From the NCBI RefSeq assembly GCF_020745735.1, contig NC_083444.1, forward strand, positions 7,260,338 through 7,324,337: DNA of 64,000 nt, in the 5' to 3' direction. The stretch's first letter is position 1, and each line of letters begins with the position of its first letter. Below are positions 47,947-60,421 of the stretch, one piece after another. The position numbers were made by a program, and so were the translations under genes. The notes under the pieces are model-generated. The model was not told the origin of the DNA, made no database searches, and saw only the letters and a program-made list of their open reading frames with translations. The stretch is from Hemiscyllium ocellatum (Eukaryota).

Positions 47947-48729
47947 GTTTGTGTATCTACAACGGAGAGCGCAATGCGTTCAGGATGGCAGAAAAGAATC
48001 TACGCTCGACAGACGGGTTGCTGGAACTTTCCGATCAACCCCAGCCACCCAACAGACCACACATCCCACCCATCCATTGTTTCAGTGGGTAGACTGCATA
48101 TACTGTCAAGTGTCATCGTGGCGGATGACACCGGGGGGCTATCCCACTTCTCAGGAGCACAAGGGAGAGCAGCAGGCTGTTCGGCCCATTGTTTGTCATT
48201 TATGTCAACGATTTGGATGAGACTATAGGAGGCATATTTCATAAATTTGCAGATGGACACCACAACTGGAGGTGCAGTGGTCAGTGAAGAAGGTTACCTC
48301 AGATTACAATGGGATCTTGATCGATTGGGTCAATAGGTTGAGGAGTGACAGATGGGGTTTAATTTGGATAAGCGGAAGGTATTGCATTTTGGTAAAACAG
48401 ACAAGGGCAGGACTTATACAGTTAAAAGTAAGGCCCTGGGTAGTGTTGTAGAACAGAGGGGCCGAGGGGTTCAGGTACATAATTCTTTGAAATTTGTGTC
48501 ACATCTACACAGGGGGGTTAAGAAGGCGTTTAGCAAACTTGCTGTCATTGTTCAGACCTTTGAGTATAGATTTTTTAAATTCATTTGTGGAACTGGCTGG
48601 GCCCAGCATTTAATGCCCATCCCTAGTTGCCCCCTTGAGAGGTGGGGGTGAGCTGCCTCCTTGAACCACTGCAGTTCCCCTGCTGTGGACCCACAGTTCC
48701 CTTAGGGAGGGAATTCCATGATTTCCTGT

Positions 48730-49975
48730 ATCCCCGCACCCCCACACCCTGCCTCCTCACATCCGCCCATCCCTGCCTCCCCCCTCACCCACTTCCCCCA
48801 TTACCCCGCTTCTCCCCTCTTCCTCCTCTCCCGGCGTCCTCCCTCTTCCCGTGTTCCCCCATTCCTCCCCCCTCTCTTCCCACCTCCCACTCTCCCTCCC
48901 CACCTCTCCCTCCTCCCTCTCTCTCTGTCTCTCCCCCCCTCCTCCCCCCTCCCTACCCTCCTCACCCCCCACTCCCTCTCTCTCCCCTCCTCCCCCTCAC
49001 CCTCACCATCTCTTCACACCTCCCCCTCTCCCTCCCCTCCTCTCCCCATCCCTCTCTCTTCCCACCTCCCCNNNNNNNNNNNNNNNNNNNNNNNNNNNNN
49101 NNNNNNNNNNNNNNNNNNNNNNNNNNNNNNNNNNNNNNNNNNNNNNNNNNNNNNNNNNNNNNNNNNNNNNNNNNNNNNNNNNNNNNNNNNNNNNNNNNNN
49201 NNNNNNNNNNNNNNNNNNNNNNNNNNNNTCCCTCCCCTCTCCCCCTCTCTCGCTCTCCCCCTCTCCCTCCCCTTCTCTCCTCCTCCCTCTCTCTCCCCCT
49301 CTCCCTCTCCCTCCTCTCCTCTTCCCCTCCCTCTCCCCCTCTCTCCCCACCTCCCCTCACCATCCCCTCCTCCCCCCCTCCCCCTCTCTCCCCACCTCCC
49401 CCTCCCCCTACCCTCTCTCCACACCTCCCCCCACCTCTCCTCCCCTCCCTCTCTCTCCCCGCCTCCCCCTCTCCCTCCCATCCCCCACCTCTCTCTCCCT
49501 GCTTCCCTCTCTCCCTCCCATCCTCTCCCCCCTCTCCCCGCCACCCCTCTCCTTCCCCTCCCTCTGTCTCCACACCTACCCCTCTCCCTCCCCTCCTCTC
49601 CCCCCCCTCCCTTCCTGCCGCTCCCCCTCTCCCTCTCTCTATGTCCGCCTCCCTCTCTCCCTCCCCTCCCCCCTCTCCCCCTCTCTCCCCACCTCCCCCA
49701 CCCTACCCTTCTCTTCCTGCCTCCCCCTTTGCTCTCCTCACCTTCCCCTTCCTTCCCACCTCCCCTCTCCCACGTCCCTCTCTCCCCACCTCCCCCTCTC
49801 TTCCTGTCTCCCCCTCTCCTCCCCTCCTCTCTCCTCACCTTCCCTTTCGCTTCCCCCTTCTCCTTTCCCTTCTCTCTCCCCACCTTCCCCTCTCTCCCCA
49901 CCTCCCCCTTTCTCCCCAACTCTGTCCCCTTCCTCCCCTCTCTTCTCCCGTCCCCTCTTCTCTCTCCCCACCTCT
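48730..49975. repeat. C/T polypyrimidine low-complexity tract containing an assembly gap
   Basis: Almost purely C/T; Ns at 49072-49228. Confidence 0.95.
49072..49228. other. Assembly gap (157 N)
   Basis: Run of n characters. Confidence 1.
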
Positions 49976-50929
49976 CGTCAGGGTGAGAGGGGAAAGGTTT
50001 AAAAGAGACCAAAGGGACAACTTTTTCACATGGAATGAGCTGCCAGAGGAAGAGGTGGAGGCTGGTACTATTATAGCATTTAAAAGGCATCTGGATGGGT
50101 ATATGAATAGGAAGGGTTTGGAGGGATATGGGCCAAGTGCTGGTAAATGGGACCCGATTAGGTTAGGATATCTGGGCAGCATGGACAATGTGGGCCGACC
50201 TGTCTGTTTCTGTGCTGTACACCTCTATGACTGTGTGATCCTTTGAGTATAGTGTTACAGAACAGAGGGACCTAAGGGTTCAGGTACATAATTGTTTGAA
50301 ATTGTGTCACATATCAACAAGGTGGTTAAAAAGGTGTTTAGCACACTTGCCTTCATTACTTAGATTAGATTAGATTAGATTACAGTGTGGAAACAGGCCC
50401 TTCGGCCCAACAAGTCCACACCGACCCGCCGAAGCGCAACCCACCCCATACCCCTACATTTACCCCTTACCTAACACTACGGGCAATTTAGCGTGGCCAA
50501 TTCACCTGACCTGCACATCTTTGTGTGTTGTGGCAGGAAACCGAAGCACCCGGACCTTTGAGTATAGGAGTTGAGGCTGTAGAGGATGTTGGTGAGGCAT
50601 CTTCTGGAATGCTATGTCCAGTTCTGGTCTCCCTGCTACAGACAGGATGTTTTTAAACTGGAGAGGGTTCAGAAGAGATTTACCAGGATGTTGCCGGGTG
50701 TGGAGAGTTGGAGTTGTAAGGAGAGGTTGCATAGGCTGGGACTTCTTTCCCTGGAGTGTCGGGGGCTGAGGGGTGACCCTTATCGAGGTTTATAAAATCC
50801 TGAGGGGCATGGATAGAGTGAATGACAGGTGTCATTACATTATGATGGGAGACTTCAAGACAAAGGGGGCATATTTTTAAGGTGAGAGGAGAAAGATTTA
50901 AAAAAGGGGCAACTTTGCTTTACACAGAG

Positions 50930-51107
50930 CGTATCCAAAGAGCAGGAGAATCGATGTTTTGGGCATGAGCCCTTCTTCCTGAAGAAGGGTTCATGCCCGA
51001 AACGTCGATTCTCCTGCTCTTTGGATGCTGCCTGACCTGCTGCGCTTTTCCAGCAACACATTTTCAGCTCTGATCTCCAGCATCTGCAGTCCTCGCTTTC
51101 TCCTCCT
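50930..51107 (+). mobile_element. Palindromic Penelope-derived insertion in a CR1, with 11-bp TSD and hammerhead variant
   Basis: TSD TTTACACAGAG at 50919-50929 and 51108-51118; CTGAAGA-A-GGGT-TCAT-GCCC-GAAAC-GTC from 50979; inverted arms. Confidence 0.78.
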
Positions 51108-52774
51108 TTTACACAGAGAGTGGAAGGAACTTCCAGGAGAAGTGGGGGATGCTGGTACAGTTACAGCATTTAAAAGACACTTGGGATAAGCACACGAACG
51201 GGAAAGGTTTGGAGGGATATGGGCCAGGAGCAGGTAGGTGGGGCTGGTTTAGTTTGGGATTACGGTCGGCACGGATTGGTTGGGCCGAAGGGTCTGATTC
51301 CGTGCTGTAGGACTCTCTGATCCTGCTCCACCATTTTGTGCAATTATAGCAAGCCAAGTATTCACGGCAACCCCTGAGAGGGAATGGAGTCATGGAGGAA
51401 GCAGTTCAGGGTGGTCCACTTGGGTTAATTCCAGAGGTGAGGCATTTTTGCTCTAATGGGGAGAGATTGAGCAGTTGAGGGTGATACTCTCTGTGGATTT
51501 GCAAAGAATGAGATGGAGTCTATAAGATTAGATTCCCTACAGTATGGAAACAGGCCCTTCAGCCCAAGCCAACCCTCCAAAGGAGACCCATTCCCTGACT
51601 AATGCCCCTAACACTGTTGGTAATTTAGCACGGCCAATTCACCCGACCAATGCATCTTTGGATTGTAGACACAGGGAGAATGTGCAAATGCCACACAGAC
51701 ACCCAAGGCAGGAATTGAACCCGGGTCCCTGGCGCTGTAGGGTCACCGTGCCACCTCCCTGAGTGCTGAAGGGCATTAACAAAGTGGACAGAGAGAGGGT
51801 ATTTCCCCATGTTGGGTAATCCGGAACGAGAGATCACGGTTTTAGGACAGGGGCCCGGCAGATTTAAAATAGAGATGGGGAGGAATTACTTCTCCGGGAG
51901 GGTGGGGAATCTGTGGGATTCACTCGCCCAGAGTGCCGTGGGGACTGGGACACGACTGAAGGAGAAGACGTTGTCAATCTGTAACGGGTTTGGGGGAGGA
52001 AAGCGGAGTTGAATGCGAGGTGGGAATCGGCCATGATAGCTTTGGACGGCGGGGAAATCTCAGGTGGCTGAATGGCCTCCAGTTGCTCCTAGCCCTTCAG
52101 TTCCTGAGACCAAAATAAAAAAAATCCAGCGATCCTCTGACGGGAAGGTTCACTCCCTTTCCAAGTTGGGGGGGGCAGTTCTCAAAACCTCAATCCTTTT
52201 TTTTTTAAGAGTCAGTCCCCTAAACTGAGGAGACTCTGAATCTACCTCAATCCTTTATCCTGAAAACCAGCAATTCCCCACCCTCTTTTTCAAGTCCCAT
52301 TCCAAATCCCTATCCCAAAAGCGGGAACGACCCCTCAGCATTTACCCCATCCAAGCCCTCGCCCAAATCCGCGTCTCGTTCATTTCTGGTGGGGGATGGG
52401 GGGGTTCTCCTGAATCAATTCTGAAGGGTCAGTGGGATTTGGTGAGTCGATAGAGTTGCCAGTCACCTGCCCCCTGTCTTGCTGTCAATGTGCCCTAATC
52501 GAAACACAGGCGTTTCTTTTATTCACTGTCACCTCCTCCGCTGGTCACATCTCAGAGGTGGTGAGGCTGACCCCAAACAATCTTGACCTAGCTTTGTGCA
52601 ATGTTGTCCAGAATTAACAGAGTGGAACCGTGGATTCTCTGCTCCCCCCATCTCCTGCTGGTTGAGTATTGCGAGTTACACTGGCACTGGGCAAGTGGAC
52701 AGCACAGAGGGTTACACTCTCTCTCTCTCTCTCGCAAGGTTAAACATTTATAGTTCCACTCTTTCATTAAAGAC

Positions 52775-52905
52775 AAAGTTAAAAATCACACAACACCAGG
52801 TTATAGTCCAACAGGTTTAATTGGAAGCACTAGCTTTCAGAGCGACGCTCCTTCATCAGGTGATAGAGCGTTGCTCCGAAAGCTAGTGCTTCCAATTAAA
52901 CCTTT
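52775..52905 (-). mobile_element. Third family of palindromic Penelope-derived element, hammerhead with an AGCT stem III
   Basis: Minus strand CTGATGA-A-GGAGC-GTC-GCTCT-GAAAG-CTA; arms aggtttaattggaagcactagctttc / gaaagctagtgcttccaattaaacct; relatives at 41655-41730 and 59920-60010. Confidence 0.7.
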
Positions 52906-52906
52906 A

Positions 52907-53205
52907 TTAGATTAGATTACTTACAGTGTGGAAATAGGCCCTTCGGCCCAACAAGTCCACTCCGACCCGCCGAAGCGCAACCCACCCATACCCCTACATT
53001 TACCCCTTACCTAACACTACAGGCAATTTAGCCTGGCCAATTCACCTGACCCGCACATCTTTGGACTGTGGGAGGAAACCGGAGCACCCGGAGGAAACCC
53101 ACGCAGACACGGGGAGAACGTGCAAACTCCACACAGTCAGTCGCCTGAGGCGGGAATTGAACCCAGGTCTCTGGCGCTGTGAGGCAGCAGTGCCACCATG
53201 CCGCC
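52907..53205 (-). mobile_element. Near-full-length HE1-type SINE
   Basis: (TTAGA)n tail, V-domain and head in reverse. Confidence 0.92.
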
Positions 53206-54169
53206 TACGTCTTCTATTGTGTCGGATGTTTAGAATATATAGCACCTGTAATTTTATTGTACAGGGAGTTTAGAATAGTTGGCATCTGTACCCCTCATTA
53301 TTTTATAATCTTCTATCAGGTCACCTCTCAACCTCCTACACTCTAGTCAAACAAGTTCCAGCCTATCCAGCCTCTCCTTATAACTCAAACCTTCCAAACC
53401 TGGCAACATCCTGGGAAATCTCTTCTGAACACTCTCCAGTTTAATAATATCCTTCCTATAGCAGGGTGACCAGAACTGGACACAATACTCCAGAAGAGGT
53501 CTCACCAATGTCCTGTCCGACTTCAATATAATATCCCAACTCCTATTCGCAAAGGACTGAGCAATGTGGGTAAGTGTGCTAAGTGCCTTTGTACGTTCAG
53601 TCAGATGGAAGCGGTTGGAAAAGATTATAATCGAGGTGGGAGGGGTCTTTGATGACGTTGGCTGCCTTCCTGAGGCAGTGGGAGGTGTAGATGGAGTCAA
53701 TGGATGGAAGGGGGACTGTATTTGTAACAAATACATAGAGTTGAATGGCCTGGAAACAGACCCTTTGGTCCAAATCGCCTACCAGATATCCTCAATTAAT
53801 CTAGACCCATTTGCCAGCACCCGGCCCATATCTCTCTAAACCCTTCCTATTCATATACTCATCCAAATGCCTTTTGAATGCTGTCATTGTACCAGCCTCC
53901 ATCACTTCCTCTGGCAGCTCATTCCATACACGTACCACCCTCTGTGTGAAAACGTTGCCCCTTAGGTCCCTTTTATACCTTTCCTTTCTCACCCTAAATC
54001 TATGCCCTCTAAATCTGGACTCCCCCACCCCAGAGAAAAGACACAGAACACAGAACATTATATCGCATTACAGGCCCTTTTGCCGTTGATGTTATGCTGA
54101 CCAGTGAAACGAATCTGGAACCGATCCAATCTAAACTATTTCATTTTCGTCCAAATGTTTGTCGACCTT

Positions 54170-56040
54170 GTCAAGATTTTGTAAACCTCCATAAGGTCAA
54201 CACTCAGCCTCTGATGCTCCCAGGAAAACAGCCCCAGCCTGTTCAGCCTTTCCCTATAGCTCAAAACCTCCAGCCCTGGCAACATCTTTTTGGAACCCTT
54301 TCAAGTTTCACAACATCTTTCCGATAGAAAGGAGACCAGAACTGCACACAATATTCCAACAGTGGCCTGACCGATGTCCTGTACAGCCGCAACACGACCT
54401 CCCAACTCCAGTACTCAATAAGCTGACTAATAAAGGAAAGCATACCAAACGCCTTCTTCACTATCCTATCTACCTGCGACTCTACATTCAAGGAACTATG
54501 AACCTGCACTCCTAGGTCTCTTTGTTCAGCAACACTCCCCAGGACCTTACCATTAATTGTATAAGTCCTGCTAAGATTTGCTTTTCCAAAATGCAACACC
54601 TTGCATTTATCTAAATTAAACTCCATCTGCCACTCCTTAGCCCATCTGATCAAGATCCCATTGAAATCTGAGGTAACTTTCTTTGCTGTCCACTACACCT
54701 CCAATTTTGGTGTCATCTGCAAACTGACTAACTGTACCTCTTATGTTCAAATCATTTATATAAATGACAAAAAATAGAGGACCCAGCACCAATCATTGTG
54801 GCACTCCACTGGTCACAGGCCTCCAGTCTGAAAAACAACTCTCCACCACCACCCTCTGTCTTCTACCTTTGAGCCAGTTCTGTATCCATATGGCTAGTTC
54901 TCCCTGTATTCCATGAGATCTAACCTTGCTAATCAGTCTCCCATGGGGAACCTTGTCGAGCGCCTTACTGAAGTCCATATAGATCACATCTACTGCTCTG
55001 CCCTCATCAATCCTCTTTGTTACTTCTTCAAAAAACTCAATCAAGTTTGTGAGACATGATTTCCCATGTGCAAAGCCATGCTGACTATCCCTAATCAGTC
55101 CTTGCCTTTCCAAATACATGTACATCCTGTCCCTCAGGATTCCCTCCAACAACTTGCCCACTGAAGTCAGGCTCACTGGTCTATAGTTCCCTGGCTTGTC
55201 TTTACTGCCCTTCTTAAACAGTGGCACGTTTGCCAACCTACAGTCTTCCAGCAGCTCACCTGTGACTATCGATGATACAAATATCTCAGCAAGAGGCCCA
55301 TCAAACACTTTCTGAGCTTCCCACAGAGCTCTAGGGTACACCTGATCAGGTCCTGGGGATTCATCCACTTTTATGCATTTCAAGGCATTTCCAGTACCTC
55401 CTGCTCTGTAATACGGACATTTTCCAAGATGTCACCATCTATTTCCCTACAGTCTATATCTTCCATGTCCTCTTCCATAGTAAACATAGATACTCATTTA
55501 GTTTCTGCTCCATCTCCTACAGCTCCACACAAAGGCCGCCTTGCTGATCTTTAAGGAGCCTTATTGTTTCCCTAGTTACCCTTTTGTCCTTAATATATTT
55601 ATTAAAAAAAACCCCTTGGATTCTCCTTAACACTAATTGGCAAAGCTATCTCATGTCCCCTTTTTGCCCTCCTGATTTCCCTCTTAAGTATACTCCTACT
55701 GCCTTTATACTCTTCTAAGGATTCACCCGATCTCTCCTATCTATACCTTATATATGCTTCCTTCTTTTGCTTAACCAAACCCTCAATTTCTCTAGTCATC
55801 CAGCATTCCCTATACCTACCAGCCTTTCCTTTCACCATGACAGGAATATACTGTCTCTGGATTCTCGTTATCTCATTTCTTGAAGGCTTCCCATTTTCCA
55901 GCCGTCCCTTTACCTGCGAGCATCTGCCCCCCAGTCAGCCTTTGAAAGTTCTTGCCTAATACCGTCAAAATTGGTCTTCCTCCAATTTAGAACTTCAACT
56001 TTTACATCTGGTCTATCCTTTTCCATCACTATTTTAAATC
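54170..56040 (-). mobile_element. CR1/HER1 LINE ORF2 remnant (reverse transcriptase domain)
   Basis: KSPGPD-like, PGNYRPVSLTSV, SQHGF, SCLTNLIEFFEEVT, DVIYMDFSKALDKVPH, VTSGVPQ, WQMEFNLDKCKVLHFG; frameshifted. Confidence 0.95.
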
Positions 56041-57019
56041 TTATAGAGTGATGGTCATGTGACAATAAATCATTCAATCAATTAAAAAAAACTCTCCTAC
56101 AAGTGAATTGAAAAAAAAACGGGTATAGCAACAGCAAAATTGGACCAAAGTTATTGTAGATTTGTGAGGAGAGGTGTTTTTTCAGACTAGAGAGAGCAAG
56201 TTCTGGGGAGTCAGGAGGTGAGTTACTTGCTGTAGGATTCCCAGACTCTGACCTGCTCCTCTAGCCACTGTGTTTATGTGATGGGGTCCAACTGAGTTTC
56301 TGGTCAATGGTAATCCCTCCCACAGGATGTTGATAGCTATTTGGTGATGGTAACACCATTGGATGCCAAGTTGGTGATGGTTAGATTCTCTCTCGATGGC
56401 AAAGGTCATTGTGTGGTATTTGTGGGGAACGAAGAATCTGTGGGTTGGGATCAAAATGGGATTTTGGGAAGTGGCGTGGAATGGAGACACGGGGAGACTG
56501 GAATGAGAGGTTGCTTCAGAATGGGATTCACATCAGAAATGGGATTGAATCCCAAAGTGGGATTGAGTCCACAAACGGTGAGGGGAGGGTCAGGGGGTGA
56601 AATTGGTGCCAGCGATAGATTTGGGATCTGGAATGATACAGAAGTGGGTTTGGGGCAACAGCCAGTATCCGAATCGGAGCAGTGAATGAGATTAGTCCTG
56701 TGACGGATCTGGGAGTCAGATTGAATCTCGGAGCGGGAATGGCGTCCATGCAGTGGATTTGGAATTGGCACTGAGAACTGGCAGCAGGAGGTGGCATTGG
56801 GATTCGAACCAAGAGCTGGATCAGACCAGGGGGTCGATGTGGGAGAGGAATAGGAATGGATCTGGGATCGGTCCAGGAGTGGATCTGACCAGATATGAAT
56901 CTGTGGTCAGACCAGGAATGGAGCTGGGATCGCATCAGGAGTGGAGCCAGATCTGGTTCTGACAAGAGTGTGGATACAGAGTGAGTCCGGAGGAGTGGGG
57001 CTCAGAGATCAGGAGAGAA

Positions 57020-57870
57020 GTTGCGGATCAGGAGCAGGGTGTGGGATTACTCCAGGATCGGGGTTTGGGTCCAGGATTGCCCCGGGATCGGGACCACGGT
57101 CGGGATTGTTCCGGGATCGAGAGCAGAATCCGGGATTGCCCCAGGATCGGGATTTGGGTCCGGGATTGCTCCGGGATCGGGATTGCCCCGGGATCGAGAG
57201 CAGGGTCCGGGATTGCCCCGGGATCGGGAGCAGGGTCCGGGATTGCTCCGGGATCGGGATTGCCCCGGGATCGGGAGCAGGGTCCGGGATTTCTCCGGGA
57301 TCGGGATTTGGATCCGGGATTGCTCCGGAATCGGGATTGCCCCGGGATCGGGAGCAGGGTCCAGGAATTCCCCGGGATCAGGAGCAGGATTGCTCCAGGA
57401 TCAGGATCTGGGTCCGGGATTGCTCCGGGATCGCGATTGCCCCGGGATCGGGAGCAGGATCCGGGATTACCCCGGGATCAGGAGCAGGATGCGGGATTGC
57501 TCCAGGATCGGGATCTGGGTCCGGGATTGCTCCGGGATCGGGAGCAGGATCCGGGATTACCCCGGGATCAGGAGCAGGATGCGGGATTGCTCCAGGATCG
57601 GGATCTGGGTCCGGGATTGCTCCGGGATCGGGAGCAGGATGCGGGATTGCTCCCGGATTGGGATCTGGATCTGAGATTGCTCCGGGATCGGGATTGCCCC
57701 GGGATCGGGAGCAGGGTCCGGGAATGCCCCGGGATCGGGAGCAGGATCCGGGATTGCATTCGGTGTCTGGGTCCGGGCTGGTTCGGGATCGGGATCCTGG
57801 ATTTCTAGCGGATCGGGAGGAGGGTCTGGGATCGGGGTACGGGAAAATCTCCGGGATCCGGGATTGCTCC
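57020..57870. repeat. CpG-rich GGGATC/CCGGGATTGC complex minisatellite immediately upstream of the MOGAT gene
   Basis: Repeated CCGGGATCGGGAGCAGGRTCCGGGATTGCYC units, degenerating leftwards to about 56750. Confidence 0.9.
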
Positions 57871-57969
57871 GGGTTTGCGCTGGGACCGGTGACTGGGTCG
57901 GGCTCCGGGGAAAGGGGCCGGACTGAGACACTTTATAACCGACCCCCAGAGGCTGGGTCGGGCAGCGCA

Positions 57970-58063
57970 ATGAGAATCCGCTTTGCCCCCCTCCGTATCC
58001 CCCTGGAGCGCAGGCTTCAGACCCTGGGGGTTCTCCAATGGATCTTCTCCTTCCTGGCTCTCG
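57970..58063 (+). CDS. MOGAT (2-acylglycerol O-acyltransferase, MOGAT2/MOGAT1-like; DGAT2 family) exon 1
   Basis: MRIRFAPLRIPLERRLQTLGVLQWIFSFLAL versus MOGAT2 [30 protein letters not shown]; donor G|gtaagg (phase 1); TTTATAA about 32 nt upstream. Confidence 0.9.
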
Positions 58064-58384
58064 GTAAGGACCACCCGCCCCTCCCGTCCCATCCACCCCA
58101 AATATCCCCCTGTCCCCTCTCCCCAAACACTGCCTGCTCCATCCACCTCAAACGACCCCTGTCCCCCCTCTCCAAATACTCCTAAACACCCCCTGTCCCA
58201 CCCTCCAAAAATACCCCTAAACACCCCCATCCCTCCCACCCCAAATACCCCTAAACACCCCTGTCTCATCCAACCCAAATACTACCTGTGCCCCACCCCA
58301 AATGCTCCTGTCCCACCCTCCCCAAATGCCCTTAAACACCTCCTGTCTAACCCTTCCCAAATATCCCTGAATACCCCCTTTCCC

Positions 58385-58850
58385 ATCCAGCCCCCTTCCC
58401 AAACAGCTCCTCTCCCAGCCTGCCCTCTCCCCCAAAACCCCCCTTCCCTTCCCAAACAGCTCCTCTCCCAGCCTACCCTCTCCCCCAAAACCCAGCTTCC
58501 CTTCCCAAACAGCTCCTCTCCCAGCCTGCCCTCTCCCCAAAACCCCCCTTCCCTTCCCAAACAGCTCCTCTCCCAGCCTGCCCTCTCCCCAAAACCCCCC
58601 TTCCCTTCCCAAACAGCTCCTCTCCCAGCCTGCCCTCTCCCCCAAAACCCCCCTTCCCTTCCCAAACAGCTCCTCTCCCAGCCTGCCCTCTCCCCAAAAC
58701 CCAGCTTCCCTTCCCAAACAGCTCCTCTCCCAGCCTGCCCTCTCCCCCAAAACCCCCCTTCCCTTCCCAAACAGCTCCTCTCCCAGCCTGCCCTCGCCCC
58801 AAAACCCCCCTTCCCTTCCCAAACAGCTCCTCTCCCAGCCTGCTCTCTCC
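58385..58850. repeat. ~53-bp C-rich minisatellite, 8-9 copies (MOGAT intron 1)
   Basis: (CCCTTCCCAAACAGCTCCTCTCCCAGCCTGCCCTCTCCCCCAAAACCCCCCTT)n. Confidence 0.93.
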
Positions 58851-60421
58851 CCACAATCTGCCCTTCCCTCCCTTCAATCCTTCCCCCCCCCCCCCCAACC
58901 CCAGTCCTTACCCTTCTCCTCTCGGTGCCTGGTTGGCCTGTGGGTCTGCAGCTTTTGCCCACTCCCCAGCGCAGATTGCTCCTGGACTGGGGTAACTGAG
59001 GGAGGAGGGTATTGACCGGTAGGGTGGTGTCGAAATGGGACCGAACTTGTTTCTTGCGAAAGTGTGTTTGTGTCAACAACTGTCTGTCAGTCTTTCACCT
59101 GTTGCACAACTGTGTGTGTGTGTGTGTGTGTGGGGATGGGTGGGTGGGTGGGGGTGAAGGGAGGTCAGTGCCCCTCTGGGAATGGCTGAAGATCCCAAGG
59201 AGGTGTGTCAGTGGGAGGAGGGCAGACAGGGCAAAGCAACATGAGTCACTGCCAACAGGGTGTACTGGAGCTGGAGGGTTGGAAGCAACCCACCTCCCCC
59301 CATTCATACGTGGGACATGGGCATCACTGGTCGTGTTAAGCGTCCCTAATTGCGCCCCCAGGGAAGGGGGTTGGGGGGGTTGAGCTGCCTTCTTGAACTG
59401 CTGCAGTCCACCCCACACAGCACCCATTAGGGAGGGAGCACCAGGATTCTGACCCAGCGTCACTGAGGGAGCGGCCGATTATATTCCCAAGTTGGGATGG
59501 GGAGGGACTCGGAGGGGAACATGCAGGGGGGTGGGTGTTCCCATGTATTTGCTGCCCCTGCATGTGGGGGTTTGGAAGGTGCTGCCTGAGGATCTTTGGT
59601 GAATTCCTGTAGATGGTACACACTGCTGCTAGTGAGTGTCTGTGGGGGAGGGAGGGGATGTTTGTGGATGTGGTGCCAATCGAGTGGGGGCTGCTTTGTC
59701 CCTGGATGGTGTCGAGCTTCTTGAGTGTTGTCGGAGTTGCCCCTATCCAGGGCAAGTGGGGAGTATTCCCTCAGTCTCCTGAGTTGTGCCTTGTGGACAG
59801 TGGGAGAGGCTTTGGTGAGTCAGGAGGGGAGTTACTCACTGCAGGATTTGGGGATCCACTTAGAGAAAATGGGGGAGAGGGCTTAGAGAAGGCAATAGTT
59901 ATATACTTTGTTAGGAAGATGTCTAATGAAGGAGCAGTGCTTTGAAAGCTAGTGCTTCCAAATAGACCTGTTGGACGATAACCTGGTGTGGTGTAATTTT
60001 TAACTTTGTTCACCCCAGTACAACACTGGCTAGTCCACACCATTGTTTGGAAGAGAAGAGGTACTGACTATTTTCTAAATGATGAAAGCCTTTGGAAATC
60101 TGAAGCACAAATGGACTAGAGAGTCCTAGTTCAGGATTTTTTTTTTAGATTAGATTAGACTTACAGTGTGGAAACAGGCCCTTCGGCCCAACAAGTCCAC
60201 ACCGACCCGCCGAAGCGCAACCCACCCATACATTTACCCCTTACCTAACACTACGGGCAATTTAGCTTGGCCAATTCACCTGACCCGCACATCTTTGTGA
60301 CTGTGGGAGGAAACCGGAGCACCCGGAGGAAACCCTTCAGGTTAAAATGTAGATTAGCAGTTAGGAAGGCAAATGCAATGTTGGCTTTGATTTCAAAAAT
60401 ACAAGAGCAGAGATGTACTGC

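Noticed and set aside
48642-50246. Long Pro/Ser/Leu-rich and Gly/Glu/Arg-rich ORFs (also 1456-2369 and 57983-59079)
   Set aside because: Low-complexity C/T or G/A tracts, one of which spans an N gap.
56941-57969. A 343-codon open frame (GSGIAP repeats) continuous with MOGAT exon 1, including an in-frame ATG at 57724
   Set aside because: It derives from a stop-poor minisatellite that is open in several frames. Homology starts exactly at ATG 57970 and a TATA-like box lies just upstream of it, so an N-terminal extension is unsupported without transcript data.
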